A DNA stretch of 20,000 nt from an uncultured virus (IMG/VR IMGVR_UViG_3300035698_015449) (taxonomy: Duplodnaviria > Heunggongvirae > Uroviricota > Caudoviricetes), in the IMG/VR virus record IMGVR_UViG_3300035698_015449; one strand, given 5' to 3'. The translations under genes and the position numbers were made by a program. Positions 7,612 to 16,113 of this stretch are shown here, one piece after another. The notes under the pieces are model-generated. The model saw nothing but the letters and a program-made list of their open reading frames with translations, had not been told where the DNA came from and ran no database searches. How positions within the stretch are numbered: position 1 is the stretch's first letter; every line of letters begins with the position of its first letter.

Positions 7612-8715
7612 CCCCCTACCAACACCAACTCGAATTCCTTGCTGATTAGCGTAGTTAATAATATCCCAAAGCGTAAGGAAGTATTTGACAAACCCACAAC
7701 CAATAATCAAGCTCATCTCCATCTTGATACGTTCTCTGTATTCAGGTTTATCTAGAAACCCCTTCAATTGCATCCCGTCTTTCACTAAAGCCTTAAGATA
7801 CATGTCACCGCTAGTAAACCCTTGTGGAACCTTGAAAGTAGGCAACAGGTCTTCAGATGGTGTTAATATCGCTCCCTTCTCTACCTTTTCTGCAATCTCA
7901 ACCGTATTGCTCATCATTTCGGGAGCGCTCTTGTACAACTCTTGCATCTCTTCATACGGCTTAAGGTAGAATTCATTTCCGTTGAAAGTGAAACGTTTAG
8001 GATTTTTTATATGGTTATGGGTTTGCATGGCAAGCATGACATCATGATACGGCGCATCAGTTCGGTTGGCATAATGAGCGTCATTGGTACAAACGGTTTT
8101 GATGTCGAGCTTCTTAGCCAACATATACATTTGCTTGGCTAGTTTTCGTTCACGGTCTTCTTGATCCTTGGATGCCTCAAAATATTTGTGCATCATGATC
8201 TCAATGTAAAAATCGTCCCCGAATAACTCTTTATGCTCATTTGCAAAAGTAATAGCCCCGCTCTCATCGCCCTGCCATAGCTTTGCAGGGAACTCTCCTA
8301 TGCAACAAGCGCTTAGACAGATCAAGCCCTCATGATACTTCTTAAGTAATTCAAAATCAATTCTAGGCTTTCTATACTTACCTTCAATCTCGGCAATGGT
8401 TGAAAGCTGCATTAGGTTCTTAACCCCGGTTCGGTTCTTAGCTAAAAGCACCAAATGGTATCTTGGATCTTTGGGATCTCTAGATTTGTGGTCAGGACAA
8501 GTGTAAACTTCATTGCCCAATATTGGCTTAACGTCTTTAGCTAAACAAGTCTTCTGAAAGTTATACCATCCCCCGCAAGTTCCGTGATCTGTTATTGCTA
8601 AGGAATGAGAACCATTAGCTATACAGGCATCTACCATTTCCGTTGGTGATGAAAGCCCGTCTAATGCGCTGTAGTAACTATGATTGTGTAAATTAACGAA
8701 TCTGTCTTCTGTCAT
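7318..8715 (-). CDS. dnaE: DNA polymerase III alpha, piece 1 of 3: PHP domain plus IntN1 (97 aa)
   Basis: FVNLHNHSYYSALDG, AITDHG, PILGNE, YHLVLLAKN, KPRID, LSAC, TNDAHY, ...GIRVGVGRG|CFTPESKV...SCTSDHKI. Confidence 0.97.
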   Translation of the reverse strand: MTEDRFVNLHNHSYYSALDGLSSPTEMVDACIANGSHSLAITDHGTCGGWYNFQKTCLAKDVKPILGNEVYTCPDHKSRDPKDPRYHLVLLAKNRTGVKNLMQLSTIAEIEGKYRKPRIDFELLKKYHEGLICLSACCIGEFPAKLWQGDESGAITFANEHKELFGDDFYIEIMMHKYFEASKDQEDRERKLAKQMYMLAKKLDIKTVCTNDAHYANRTDAPYHDVMLAMQTHNHIKNPKRFTFNGNEFYLKPYEEMQELYKSAPEMMSNTVEIAEKVEKGAILTPSEDLLPTFKVPQGFTSGDMYLKALVKDGMQLKGFLDKPEYRERIKMEMSLIIGCGFVKYFLTLWDIINYANQQGIRVGVGRGCFTPESKVECKDGIKNIKDVCINDKVLSYDGKYHDVLNVLEYDVDEELIEIELEDGRRFSCTSDHKIHIDRKGDLIWVEAGKLTTDDEIFDIREGVV

Positions 8716-9194
8716 GCGTCTCCCTGATCGAATATTTTGGTTTCATAAGACTTCACCCTTGCATATATTACCTGATGTATGAAATGCAATAGCTTATCTA
8801 CGAATTCAACCCAATTGTAACTATCGAAGTCAATATCCCTTATGACCTCATTCTCTTCAAAATTCAAACCCGACATATGTGAGTAGTGAGCAGTTTTGAC
8901 AGTAATGTTTGAACCATCAGTATATACGTAAACGGACTTGTCATATCCCTTTTTAGTCAACTTGAAAGAAAAACAGGAGACATCTCCGTTCATCTCAGGC
9001 CCTTCTATTACATGGTCAATAACACCTGATTCTACGAAACATTTGACGATAGTTGCGATCCTCGTAGCCATACGCTTTACGACTAACTGATGATCTGATG
9101 TGATTTTGTACGGGATTTGTCCAACAGCTTCTACAAAGTTTTTATGCGTCGAATCTACCCTCTCTTTGATAAATGGAATGTTAAGCATGCTCAT
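8712..9194 (-). CDS. Hypothetical protein
   Basis: 160-aa ORF with 4-nt ATGA overlaps to both neighbours. Confidence 0.8.
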   Translation of the reverse strand: MSMLNIPFIKERVDSTHKNFVEAVGQIPYKITSDHQLVVKRMATRIATIVKCFVESGVIDHVIEGPEMNGDVSCFSFKLTKKGYDKSVYVYTDGSNITVKTAHYSHMSGLNFEENEVIRDIDFDSYNWVEFVDKLLHFIHQVIYARVKSYETKIFDQGDA

Positions 9195-9805
9195 ATTTTC
9201 CCTCCGTATTTTTGGATCAACAATTTTGTCATTTCAAGGACTTGCTCTTCGGATAGAGATGTTGTGTCAATCACTTCAACAGGAATGTCAAATGTTTTGA
9301 GATAACGTGGCAATTCCTCACGATAAAGTCGAATTAACTCAACCATCGTTTCTCGCTCCTGAGTCCATCTGCATTTTCCATGTTCAGGATTTTTTTCACG
9401 CTCTGCAATGACCCTATTAATAAGCTCATTGTCGTCTCCATCAAGAAGGATCACTAAATCAATCTGCTCATCAGGATCGATAGTATGTTCCAAAAAATCG
9501 ACAGATAACCCCTGCAATAAGCATTGGTATATGTAAGTTGATGTCCACCATCTGTCGGCTATGACTGCTGACGATTTGCCTTTAACGCAATATAGATACT
9601 CATCTAATCTCGCTGCGCTAAACAACATGAATTGGACTCGTTTGTCTATGCCTGTCCATGGTTCAGTTCCCCTGCAAGCTGATCGTAACATTTTTGCTAA
9701 TGGGGTTCCGTTAGGACTTGACAAAGTGATATACCCTTTATCAGAAAGGTTGTTGATTAGGGATGTTTTCCCAGCTCCGTTTGGCCCCTCTACTACACAA
9801 AACAT
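9191..9805 (-). CDS. tmk: Thymidylate (dTMP) kinase family protein
   Basis: P-loop VEGPNGAGKTS, LFSAAR and IADRWWTSTYIYQ motifs. Confidence 0.9.
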   Translation of the reverse strand: MFCVVEGPNGAGKTSLINNLSDKGYITLSSPNGTPLAKMLRSACRGTEPWTGIDKRVQFMLFSAARLDEYLYCVKGKSSAVIADRWWTSTYIYQCLLQGLSVDFLEHTIDPDEQIDLVILLDGDDNELINRVIAEREKNPEHGKCRWTQERETMVELIRLYREELPRYLKTFDIPVEVIDTTSLSEEQVLEMTKLLIQKYGGKI

Positions 9806-9862
9806 AATTGCCCCTTAGATTTACATCGTTAATAATTTAAATTCATTGATAACTTCCTTTCT

Positions 9863-9872
9863 ATTATACAGC
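9863..9872 (-). promoter_or_regulatory. Sigma70-type -10 element (GCTGTATAAT) upstream of the tmk-dnaE run
   Basis: Identical 10-mer to 409-418, intergenic. Confidence 0.55.
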
Positions 9873-9884
9873 CAATCATGCTCC

Positions 9885-10694
9885 CTAATGATAAAGATTT
9901 TTGTACTTTTGCCTTTTACGATCCATATATATTGTGGAATCTTCATACATCCAATTTAATATCTTATAAGCATTTTTTCCGCTATAACCTATGTGTCCCG
10001 CTTTAAAGTGTTTATTTGCTATATATGGGGCATATTTATTTTTAGATTTTAATTTTATATGAAGCTCCTGTACCCAATATTGTGAAACTGGATCTAACAA
10101 ATCGTATTCTCCTGCTATACTTATTAGGCAAACATGATTTTTTGGGACAGTTACACACCCATCTCCATCAAATAATCCTCGAATGAAATGCCTATGGTAT
10201 AACTTTGGGATTAAAGTTAGTGGATGAATCTCAACTTTTTTCCCCCTGCATAATCCAAAATTAGATTTGAGGTCATTTATAAACCAAGAACCACAAATAT
10301 CTACAGACACATATTTTGGGTAGCTTTCATCACGATGGGCATGACGATATTCCCCCACTTCTCTATCACATTTTATGCAATTAAGAAATTTTTTCAAATG
10401 TAATTTATCAACCGAACTTATTTTTATATGAACAATATCTCGATCCTTTCTGATATGTCCATCTGCCCATAAAAACCCCGCCCAATAGCAGCTTTCTTCT
10501 GTAAAGGCATTAAAAAAGTCCACATTATACTCATAGTGTGGACTTCCCTTTCTAATAGAAATATTACTACGCTTAATAATCCGTTGAATTGTTGAGCGAT
10601 GAACATTAAATCTTTTCGACAATTCTCCAGTTCCTATGCCTTTTCCATATAGTTCTAATATTTTATCGCACACTTCATTTTTTATTCTTTTCAT
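9885..10694 (-). CDS. Free-standing LAGLIDADG homing endonuclease with N-terminal HTH (HEG3)
   Basis: CYWAGFLWADG and FIRGLFDGDG; start reassigned to ATG 10694 (MKRIKNEV) after GGAGG. Confidence 0.9.
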   Translation of the reverse strand: MKRIKNEVCDKILELYGKGIGTGELSKRFNVHRSTIQRIIKRSNISIRKGSPHYEYNVDFFNAFTEESCYWAGFLWADGHIRKDRDIVHIKISSVDKLHLKKFLNCIKCDREVGEYRHAHRDESYPKYVSVDICGSWFINDLKSNFGLCRGKKVEIHPLTLIPKLYHRHFIRGLFDGDGCVTVPKNHVCLISIAGEYDLLDPVSQYWVQELHIKLKSKNKYAPYIANKHFKAGHIGYSGKNAYKILNWMYEDSTIYMDRKRQKYKNLYH

Positions 10695-10695
10695 C

Positions 10696-10745
10696 TTACA
10701 TCCTCCAATACCATGTAATTCAACATTTGGAAGATGCATTCCTTT
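10696..10745 (-). promoter_or_regulatory. SigmaH-like promoter plus hairpin enclosing the RBS of HEG3
   Basis: AAAGGA-N18-GAATTA; stem TTACAT (10718-10713) / ATGTAA (10701-10696) with GGAGG in the loop. Confidence 0.7.
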
Positions 10746-11530
10746 TATTGTTTTTCAAAAATGTCTTGAATCTTTGACCTCATTTCTAAATGTGTTTTAG
10801 GTGATGGTGAAATTTTCCATTTACCCCTCATTGCTGTCCCTTTATCTGATGTTATCTCAACCAGTTCTTTAAAAGCTACAAATCCAGTTTTCCTTTCTTG
10901 TTGAACATCATTCCAATTTATTCCATGTGTACTAAAAAGCATTTCTTGCATCTCAGAGCTATTTTTATTTTGAAGTTGCTTATGACTAAATTTTGATTGT
11001 GCCAACATGGATATTGAATTTCTAAGGGCATCATTTTGTCTCCATATGAAGTAATTATTTACATCTGACTCGGGAATGTTGAAACAACGACAATCGAACA
11101 TAGGCCAATTCTCGTCCCATGTTAAAATGTTCTCATCACCGGGATAATGAGCGCCAGCGATTGACTCTTTAGAAAGAATCTTGCAAAGTTCAGCCGTAGC
11201 CATACTTGAAATGACAGAAACAATCTTCTGTACGTTGTAATCAAAGTACGAATCCGTATTTACTTTGTCGTAATCAGTAATAAGAATAGAGATCTCATCT
11301 GAGTGACGTTCCGCAAATTTTGCCCCTTGGACGTTCTCGCAAATGAACTTCATAGCCCCATTCATACTCTCATTAAAGAGTTTGTCATAAGGACGTTCAA
11401 AACGTTTACAAAAAGTCGAAAAACATTTACCGTCAACCCTAACGACAACAGGAATACGACGAACCAAACGGGTTTTAGATACCTGTTCGTAAATTTTCAT
11501 CCTGTCTCCGAGCGCATCATTTTTATTCAT
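10745..11530 (-). CDS. tRNA(His) guanylyltransferase Thg1-like protein (3'-5' polymerase family)
   Basis: VVRVDGKCFSTF, SDEISIL, QKIVS, FDCR, YFIWRQNDALRNS and GINWND motifs. Confidence 0.93.
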   Translation of the reverse strand: MNKNDALGDRMKIYEQVSKTRLVRRIPVVVRVDGKCFSTFCKRFERPYDKLFNESMNGAMKFICENVQGAKFAERHSDEISILITDYDKVNTDSYFDYNVQKIVSVISSMATAELCKILSKESIAGAHYPGDENILTWDENWPMFDCRCFNIPESDVNNYFIWRQNDALRNSISMLAQSKFSHKQLQNKNSSEMQEMLFSTHGINWNDVQQERKTGFVAFKELVEITSDKGTAMRGKWKISPSPKTHLEMRSKIQDIFEKQ

Positions 11531-11531
11531 T

Positions 11532-12341
11532 TTATCTCCAATACTTCTCTTTTAACTGATATTTTCCATTATAATTTTGTTTCCTTTTACCGTTCGTCCT
11601 ATCGGTAAACTGCCTGCCACAACCTGAACATAAATATTTCTGCTCTCCTCTTATTTTTCCATTTTTACTTATTTCGTATCCTTTACAAAAGGCACATGGA
11701 GGTAAAGCGGGAATAGAACTAAATAGTCTATACTTAGGATCTCTCCATATATCAGCCTTTCTTTGCAAAGGGAAGCCTAGATCTATAGCTTTTAAAAACT
11801 TCCTACAATCATCGGTTCTTATCAGTCGAATTGTTGGAAAAGAGTCGTCTAAATACATTTTGAAATCAACTTTGTATAAACGATTTAGTGACTCTACTAA
11901 AAACTCAACCTCATTTATTGAAAAGCCTTGTGTCGCCAACTTAACATCAAATCTTAACTGATTTAGTTTGTCCTTTGGAGGGATTACACATCCATCATCT
12001 GCCATCCAAACCTGAACCGTCTCGTTGTTGAGTTTCAAATCATTAGGTACTTCTTTTATCCCATTACAATACCACTTATCGTGACATTCTGTAAATATTG
12101 CACTACATCTACTTCTCAAACATATCTGATAATAAGTTTTACCCGTCCTTTTATCAAATGTCTTCTTTTTATAGACCCCTTTTGGCGTGATATACTCTTT
12201 TAATAATTTAGCACTCCACACTAAATAATCTTCATCAGTTATAACTCTGTTTATCTTCAAACTAGCATTATAACTTAACTTTCTACGCTCTAAGTATCCA
12301 TCACCTAACATTAATCCGTTTAATAAATTTTCTATCTTCAT
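11532..12341 (-). CDS. Free-standing LAGLIDADG endonuclease with C-terminal zinc ribbon (HEG4)
   Basis: GLMLGDGYL, WMADDG, LATQGFS; C-terminal CAFC..KNG...QKYLCSGCGRQF. Confidence 0.88.
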   Translation of the reverse strand: MKIENLLNGLMLGDGYLERRKLSYNASLKINRVITDEDYLVWSAKLLKEYITPKGVYKKKTFDKRTGKTYYQICLRSRCSAIFTECHDKWYCNGIKEVPNDLKLNNETVQVWMADDGCVIPPKDKLNQLRFDVKLATQGFSINEVEFLVESLNRLYKVDFKMYLDDSFPTIRLIRTDDCRKFLKAIDLGFPLQRKADIWRDPKYRLFSSIPALPPCAFCKGYEISKNGKIRGEQKYLCSGCGRQFTDRTNGKRKQNYNGKYQLKEKYWR

Positions 12342-12403
12342 GTTTCATACTCCTTATTTTATTGTATGAAACGTATTTCTGCACAACCGTAACGCATCCC
12401 TTT
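12342..12403 (-). promoter_or_regulatory. SigmaH-like promoter plus hairpin enclosing the RBS of HEG4
   Basis: AAAGGG-N18-GAAATA; 9-bp stem GTTTCATAC (12372-12364) / GTATGAAAC (12350-12342) closing over AAGGAG and ending next to the ATG. Confidence 0.75.
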
Positions 12404-12411
12404 AAATTTCC

Positions 12412-12834
12412 TTAAACCTTGTCTGCCACCAAATCCGCATCTGACGGTTCTCTAATTAACAACTTGGGGAGCTTCTGATTTGTTGGATTCGGCTTTGGAG
12501 TAACCCTACGTCTATTCACTTTCTTCGCCTTCTTTTGTTGATTCTGCTTCTTCTGTTGATTTGGCTTCGCCTTTTGTTCTGGTGCGGCAACAGGGTCATG
12601 CGCCAAATATGACTTAATTTGCAATATCGAAATTGCATGGTCAGGCGTCAAATAAATGTACCCGCACTCAAACGCATCTTGCATGAATTGTTCAAAGTTT
12701 TCTCTGTACGACACGCTATCGCTGAAAACCGTATTTCTCTCGCTGAATGGTGCCAACGCAGATTGCAACTCGGTTACGAATATACCACCTTCTTCTTGAA
12801 CATCTTCATATATAACTTTAACATATTTCCTCAT
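12412..12834 (-). CDS. Hypothetical protein with basic Q/K-rich tail
   Basis: 140-aa ORF, AAGGAG RBS. Confidence 0.75.
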   Translation of the reverse strand: MRKYVKVIYEDVQEEGGIFVTELQSALAPFSERNTVFSDSVSYRENFEQFMQDAFECGYIYLTPDHAISILQIKSYLAHDPVAAPEQKAKPNQQKKQNQQKKAKKVNRRRVTPKPNPTNQKLPKLLIREPSDADLVADKV

Positions 12835-12905
12835 TGATACTCCTTTGTATAATATAGCAACATTACATTATAACCTAAAACCGTTGAAATACAAGGACTT
12901 AAATT

Positions 12906-13577
12906 ATGGCGAACATACATATCATAGAGGACTTTAATTCCTTTGACCGCATAAAAGAAGAAATGGAACTTCATCACATAGAAAAATTCCGTTCATATGA
13001 ACATTTTGCTACATGGAAAAATGAATGCAGAGCGTGTCCCATTGGTAAAGTTTATGATCAAGTTATTCAAAGTAGCGGAAATACTGTAAATCCGAAAGTT
13101 GTAGTCGTGGGAGAGGCCCCGGGAGCAGACGAGTTGGATGCAGGTAAACCATTCGTCGGCAAATGCGGTAAACTGTTACGAGCTACATTAGAGAAAGCAG
13201 GGTTTAATGACGAGAATTCACTAATCACAAATACGATTCCCTGTAGACCCGAAAACAACAAATTTCCCAAAGATGATACCATTGTGAAAAACTGCAAAAG
13301 CATGTGGCTTAAATCAGAACTTCAAATCCTTAATCCCGATTACTTACTCTTGATCGGCAGTCAGTCATTGAAATTCCTTTTAAACATACGAGGCATTACC
13401 AAAGCTCACGGTATATGGAACAAACGTAAACTTAATGGGAAAGTAATTCAAATCATGCCTACGTTTCATCCATCATACATCTTAAGGGTTCAATACTCTC
13501 CTGATAAAAAATACATCGTACAGGAGTTTGAGAATGACATTATGAGAGTTGGGAAAACCGCAGGATTCATTCAGTGA
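12906..13577 (+). CDS. Uracil-DNA glycosylase family 4 (Fe-S type)
   Basis: CRACP, VGEAPGADE, PFVGKCG, TNTIPCRP, FHPSY; four Cys consistent with a 4Fe-4S cluster; the only convincing plus-strand gene. Confidence 0.93.
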   Translation: MANIHIIEDFNSFDRIKEEMELHHIEKFRSYEHFATWKNECRACPIGKVYDQVIQSSGNTVNPKVVVVGEAPGADELDAGKPFVGKCGKLLRATLEKAGFNDENSLITNTIPCRPENNKFPKDDTIVKNCKSMWLKSELQILNPDYLLLIGSQSLKFLLNIRGITKAHGIWNKRKLNGKVIQIMPTFHPSYILRVQYSPDKKYIVQEFENDIMRVGKTAGFIQ

Positions 13578-14035
13578 TGGATAATCTTGATAGCATCTAG
13601 TCTGAACTCATGCGGTTGCCTTCTCCAATATTTTCTTATCTTCCCAATGTTCTTCAGTTCCTCAAAAATCATATCTAACGGAGATGATAAAAAATCGGCT
13701 TCAGTGATATCAATATGATTTGCCGTTTTGGACAGAACTTGGGCCAATAACGCTTCTGATCGTTTTTCAATTTCCTTTTCTAGTCGAGGCTCAACATGCC
13801 GCTGACTAATTTTCGGATAGTAACCTTCAGCCATACGAGATTTATTTGAATACTTTTTATTCTTTTTAGGTTTACCTTCAGTTACCTTTACATAACACCA
13901 CAATACAGATACGAGTATACCTAATCCAATCAGCAAATATGGCATCAACGAAACAATCCATACAAGAAAGCCCATCACGGTCAATCCTGCAATGACCGAT
14001 AATACAAACTTAAATATTTCCCAAAAAGGTGGCAT
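13571..14035 (-). CDS. Hypothetical membrane protein (two N-terminal TM segments)
   Basis: Hydrophobic first ~48 aa; GGGG RBS; start coupled to the upstream stop. Confidence 0.7.
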   Translation of the reverse strand: MPPFWEIFKFVLSVIAGLTVMGFLVWIVSLMPYLLIGLGILVSVLWCYVKVTEGKPKKNKKYSNKSRMAEGYYPKISQRHVEPRLEKEIEKRSEALLAQVLSKTANHIDITEADFLSSPLDMIFEELKNIGKIRKYWRRQPHEFRLDAIKIIHH

Positions 14036-14529
14036 TACATCCCCTTGTTAAACTGCTTGGCATACTCATAAAGAACAATGGACGCCGCTACAGCTACGTT
14101 CAAGCTATGGGGCTGACCGTATAAAGGTATTTCAATAACCTCATCTAATTCATTCAACAATTCCTGCTTCATTCCCTTGCATTCATTACCTACAATAAGA
14201 AAAATAGGCTTGAACGGAAACTCATAAGCATGTATGTTGCAAGAGCTTGTGGACTGCTCAATGCCCACGACATGATACCCGTTCTCTTTATATCTTCTCA
14301 TTACAGGAAGGATGGATCTATGGTGTATTATTTCAAGAGAACAATCTCTGGAGATATGTGGGTTTACCCGATTCTGACCCGATGTAATAAAACGACTTGC
14401 TCCCATACAACTAGCGGTACGAGCAATCATAGATACATTGTCGTTGTTCTTCATTGGTGGACAAGCAACAACTATATCAAAACCGTAACTACCTAGTGGC
14501 TCTCTTTTTACCTGTTCAAAGTGTCCCAT
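14035..14529 (-). CDS. SpoU/TrmH-family RNA methyltransferase (SPOUT)
   Basis: NVSMIARTA, IVGNECKG, IEIPLYGQPHSLNVAVAASI; start probably ATG 14529 (the ORF track extends it to 14583). Confidence 0.9.
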   Translation of the reverse strand: MGHFEQVKREPLGSYGFDIVVACPPMKNNDNVSMIARTASCMGASRFITSGQNRVNPHISRDCSLEIIHHRSILPVMRRYKENGYHVVGIEQSTSSCNIHAYEFPFKPIFLIVGNECKGMKQELLNELDEVIEIPLYGQPHSLNVAVAASIVLYEYAKQFNKGM

Positions 14530-14755
14530 TGAGCGACCTGACTGCAAAAATCTCAAGAGGAAGAACCTGTCCCGCTTCCCCATTTTTGCTTTTTAACACA
14601 GACACATTCCCACCATTATCAATTCGTCCAACTACATGTGCCTCTGCGATTTCTTTTTTTGTATATCTATATGCTTGGGTATTTGTACCAGACCCCGAAT
14701 CAAAACCGTCCGGGAATCCTGCGTCTCTTTCGTCCATTAACAATACTTTAATCAT
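14516..14755 (-). CDS. Hypothetical protein
   Basis: 79 aa, AAGGAGG RBS, ATGA coupling. Confidence 0.65.
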   Translation of the reverse strand: MIKVLLMDERDAGFPDGFDSGSGTNTQAYRYTKKEIAEAHVVGRIDNGGNVSVLKSKNGEAGQVLPLEIFAVRSLNGTL

Positions 14756-14952
14756 AGTGCCTCCTTAGTTGCTCCATCAATACTTCTGCCTATATCTACT
14801 ACACCATCTGCTCCACAATGATCGCATTTATACCAATCGATATCATCAACACCAAAATAATTAACCTTGCCGCAGCAATAACATAAATCCGATTTGGTCT
14901 GTTTGAAAAAATCAGAAACAACCCCTCTCAAAAATGTAAAAGACAATTGCAT
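14752..14952 (-). CDS. Small zinc-ribbon hypothetical protein
   Basis: ATG 14952 after AGGAGG; CYCC and CDHC motifs. Confidence 0.6.
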   Translation of the reverse strand: MQLSFTFLRGVVSDFFKQTKSDLCYCCGKVNYFGVDDIDWYKCDHCGADGVVDIGRSIDGATKEAL

Positions 14953-14960
14953 GACGCCTC

Positions 14961-15347
14961 CTAATATGTAAATGATTTCATGTGTATATGATTGCATGTC
15001 TGACTAATACTCAATGTCGTCCGACAATCCATTTCAGGCAATTCGAGAATAAATCCGCCCACATCCTTTATCGCTTGAATCTCTTTACCAACTCCTGCCG
15101 ATATTGATCCATTAGGTAATGCCCTGAATGCAACACCATCACAAGTCTTAACGACAGATACGAAGTAATCCATGATTTGGGTGCCGGTCTTTCCATCCCG
15201 TTTCATCTTCGCAACTTTACCTTTGTAATACGTTGAATTGGGGTTTACAACACGCACCTTAAGCTTGTCGAGTGTTGCTACATCCTCCCACTCTTGTTCC
15301 GTTCCATATAAAGCCATACAGTGAGCATAGTATATTCTTATTTTCAT
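14961..15347 (-). CDS. Nucleoside 2-deoxyribosyltransferase-like (NDT fold) protein
   Basis: IYYAH...VVNP...CDGVAF...SAGVGKEI pattern typical of NDT-like Rossmannoid proteins. Confidence 0.55.
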   Translation of the reverse strand: MKIRIYYAHCMALYGTEQEWEDVATLDKLKVRVVNPNSTYYKGKVAKMKRDGKTGTQIMDYFVSVVKTCDGVAFRALPNGSISAGVGKEIQAIKDVGGFILELPEMDCRTTLSISQTCNHIHMKSFTY

Positions 15348-15589
15348 TCGAAATCCCTAATTACGTCATCAGGAAACAAAAAATACAGAATCCAAGACAC
15401 CAAATGAAATAGAATTCCGATCCCGATCATCAATACTACCAATGAAGAGAAAAAGTATAAGATAAACAGACACAGCGTATTAAGCCATACCCATCCGATA
15501 GCTGCCGCAATTGGAGTAACTAATCCCATAGTTATTCCGAAGATTGCTAGCAACCAAAGTGATTCAACATGTCCCTGTCTTCCATCCAT
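15344..15589 (-). CDS. Small membrane protein
   Basis: 81 aa, largely hydrophobic, GAGGAG RBS. Confidence 0.65.
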   Translation of the reverse strand: MDGRQGHVESLWLLAIFGITMGLVTPIAAAIGWVWLNTLCLFILYFFSSLVVLMIGIGILFHLVSWILYFLFPDDVIRDFE

Positions 15590-15743
15590 AATTCTCCTCT
15601 ATCATTCCCATAGTTAAAACCCAAGGCCAATAGCCATCAGGACATTTCAATACGAACCACATAGTGACGTAAAAAGGCAGAAAAATGACATCCGTAATAG
15701 CCAAAACTATCAGAATGCCGATTGCTAACAATATATTGATCAT
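15564..15743 (-). CDS. Small membrane protein
   Basis: Likely start ATG 15743 (MINILLAIG); hydrophobic. Confidence 0.55.
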   Translation of the reverse strand: MINILLAIGILIVLAITDVIFLPFYVTMWFVLKCPDGYWPWVLTMGMIEENYGWKTGTC

Positions 15744-15754
15744 TGTAGTTCTTT

Positions 15755-16081
15755 CTATATTTTGGGGAGGTTGTCCCACCATGTTACACCAGAGTCAGGA
15801 ACAGAAGTGTAACCCCAATATGTGTTCCCCTCTTCTGTTGGGACTGCCGCTACCAACCATCCAATAGTATGTTCACTTAATAAGTCAGGTACTTCTTTAT
15901 TCTGATCGGACATAGCACATGCTCGACAACGTAAATGTTGGTAATCGAGGAAAGTGTTGTATTCTCTGTATAGTCTGACACCTGTTGCGCCACAATCTTT
16001 ACAGAAATAACCTTCGGGAGATTCCATTTCTGAGTAAGAGAATGGAGTACAAATGTTTCCCCATGCTAATTCGGTCATCAT
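15755..16081 (-). CDS. Hypothetical protein with two CxxC motifs
   Basis: CKDC and CRAC, Trp-rich C-terminus; AAAGGA RBS. Confidence 0.7.
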   Translation of the reverse strand: MMTELAWGNICTPFSYSEMESPEGYFCKDCGATGVRLYREYNTFLDYQHLRCRACAMSDQNKEVPDLLSEHTIGWLVAAVPTEEGNTYWGYTSVPDSGVTWWDNLPKI

Positions 16082-16113
16082 TCCTTTCTATGCTTTACAA
16101 CTATTTTATAAAG

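Noticed and set aside
2353..8715. dnaE as a broken pseudogene or as interrupted by group I introns
   Set aside because: Each break is bounded by complete intein half-motifs, the catalytic motifs are intact, downstream pieces have their own RBS, and the gaps are filled by ORFs with no room for a ribozyme core.
9835..9862. AAAGGA upstream of tmk as another sigmaH-like promoter
   Set aside because: GAAT follows AGG after 11 nt rather than 19; the adjacent TATAAT explains the site better.
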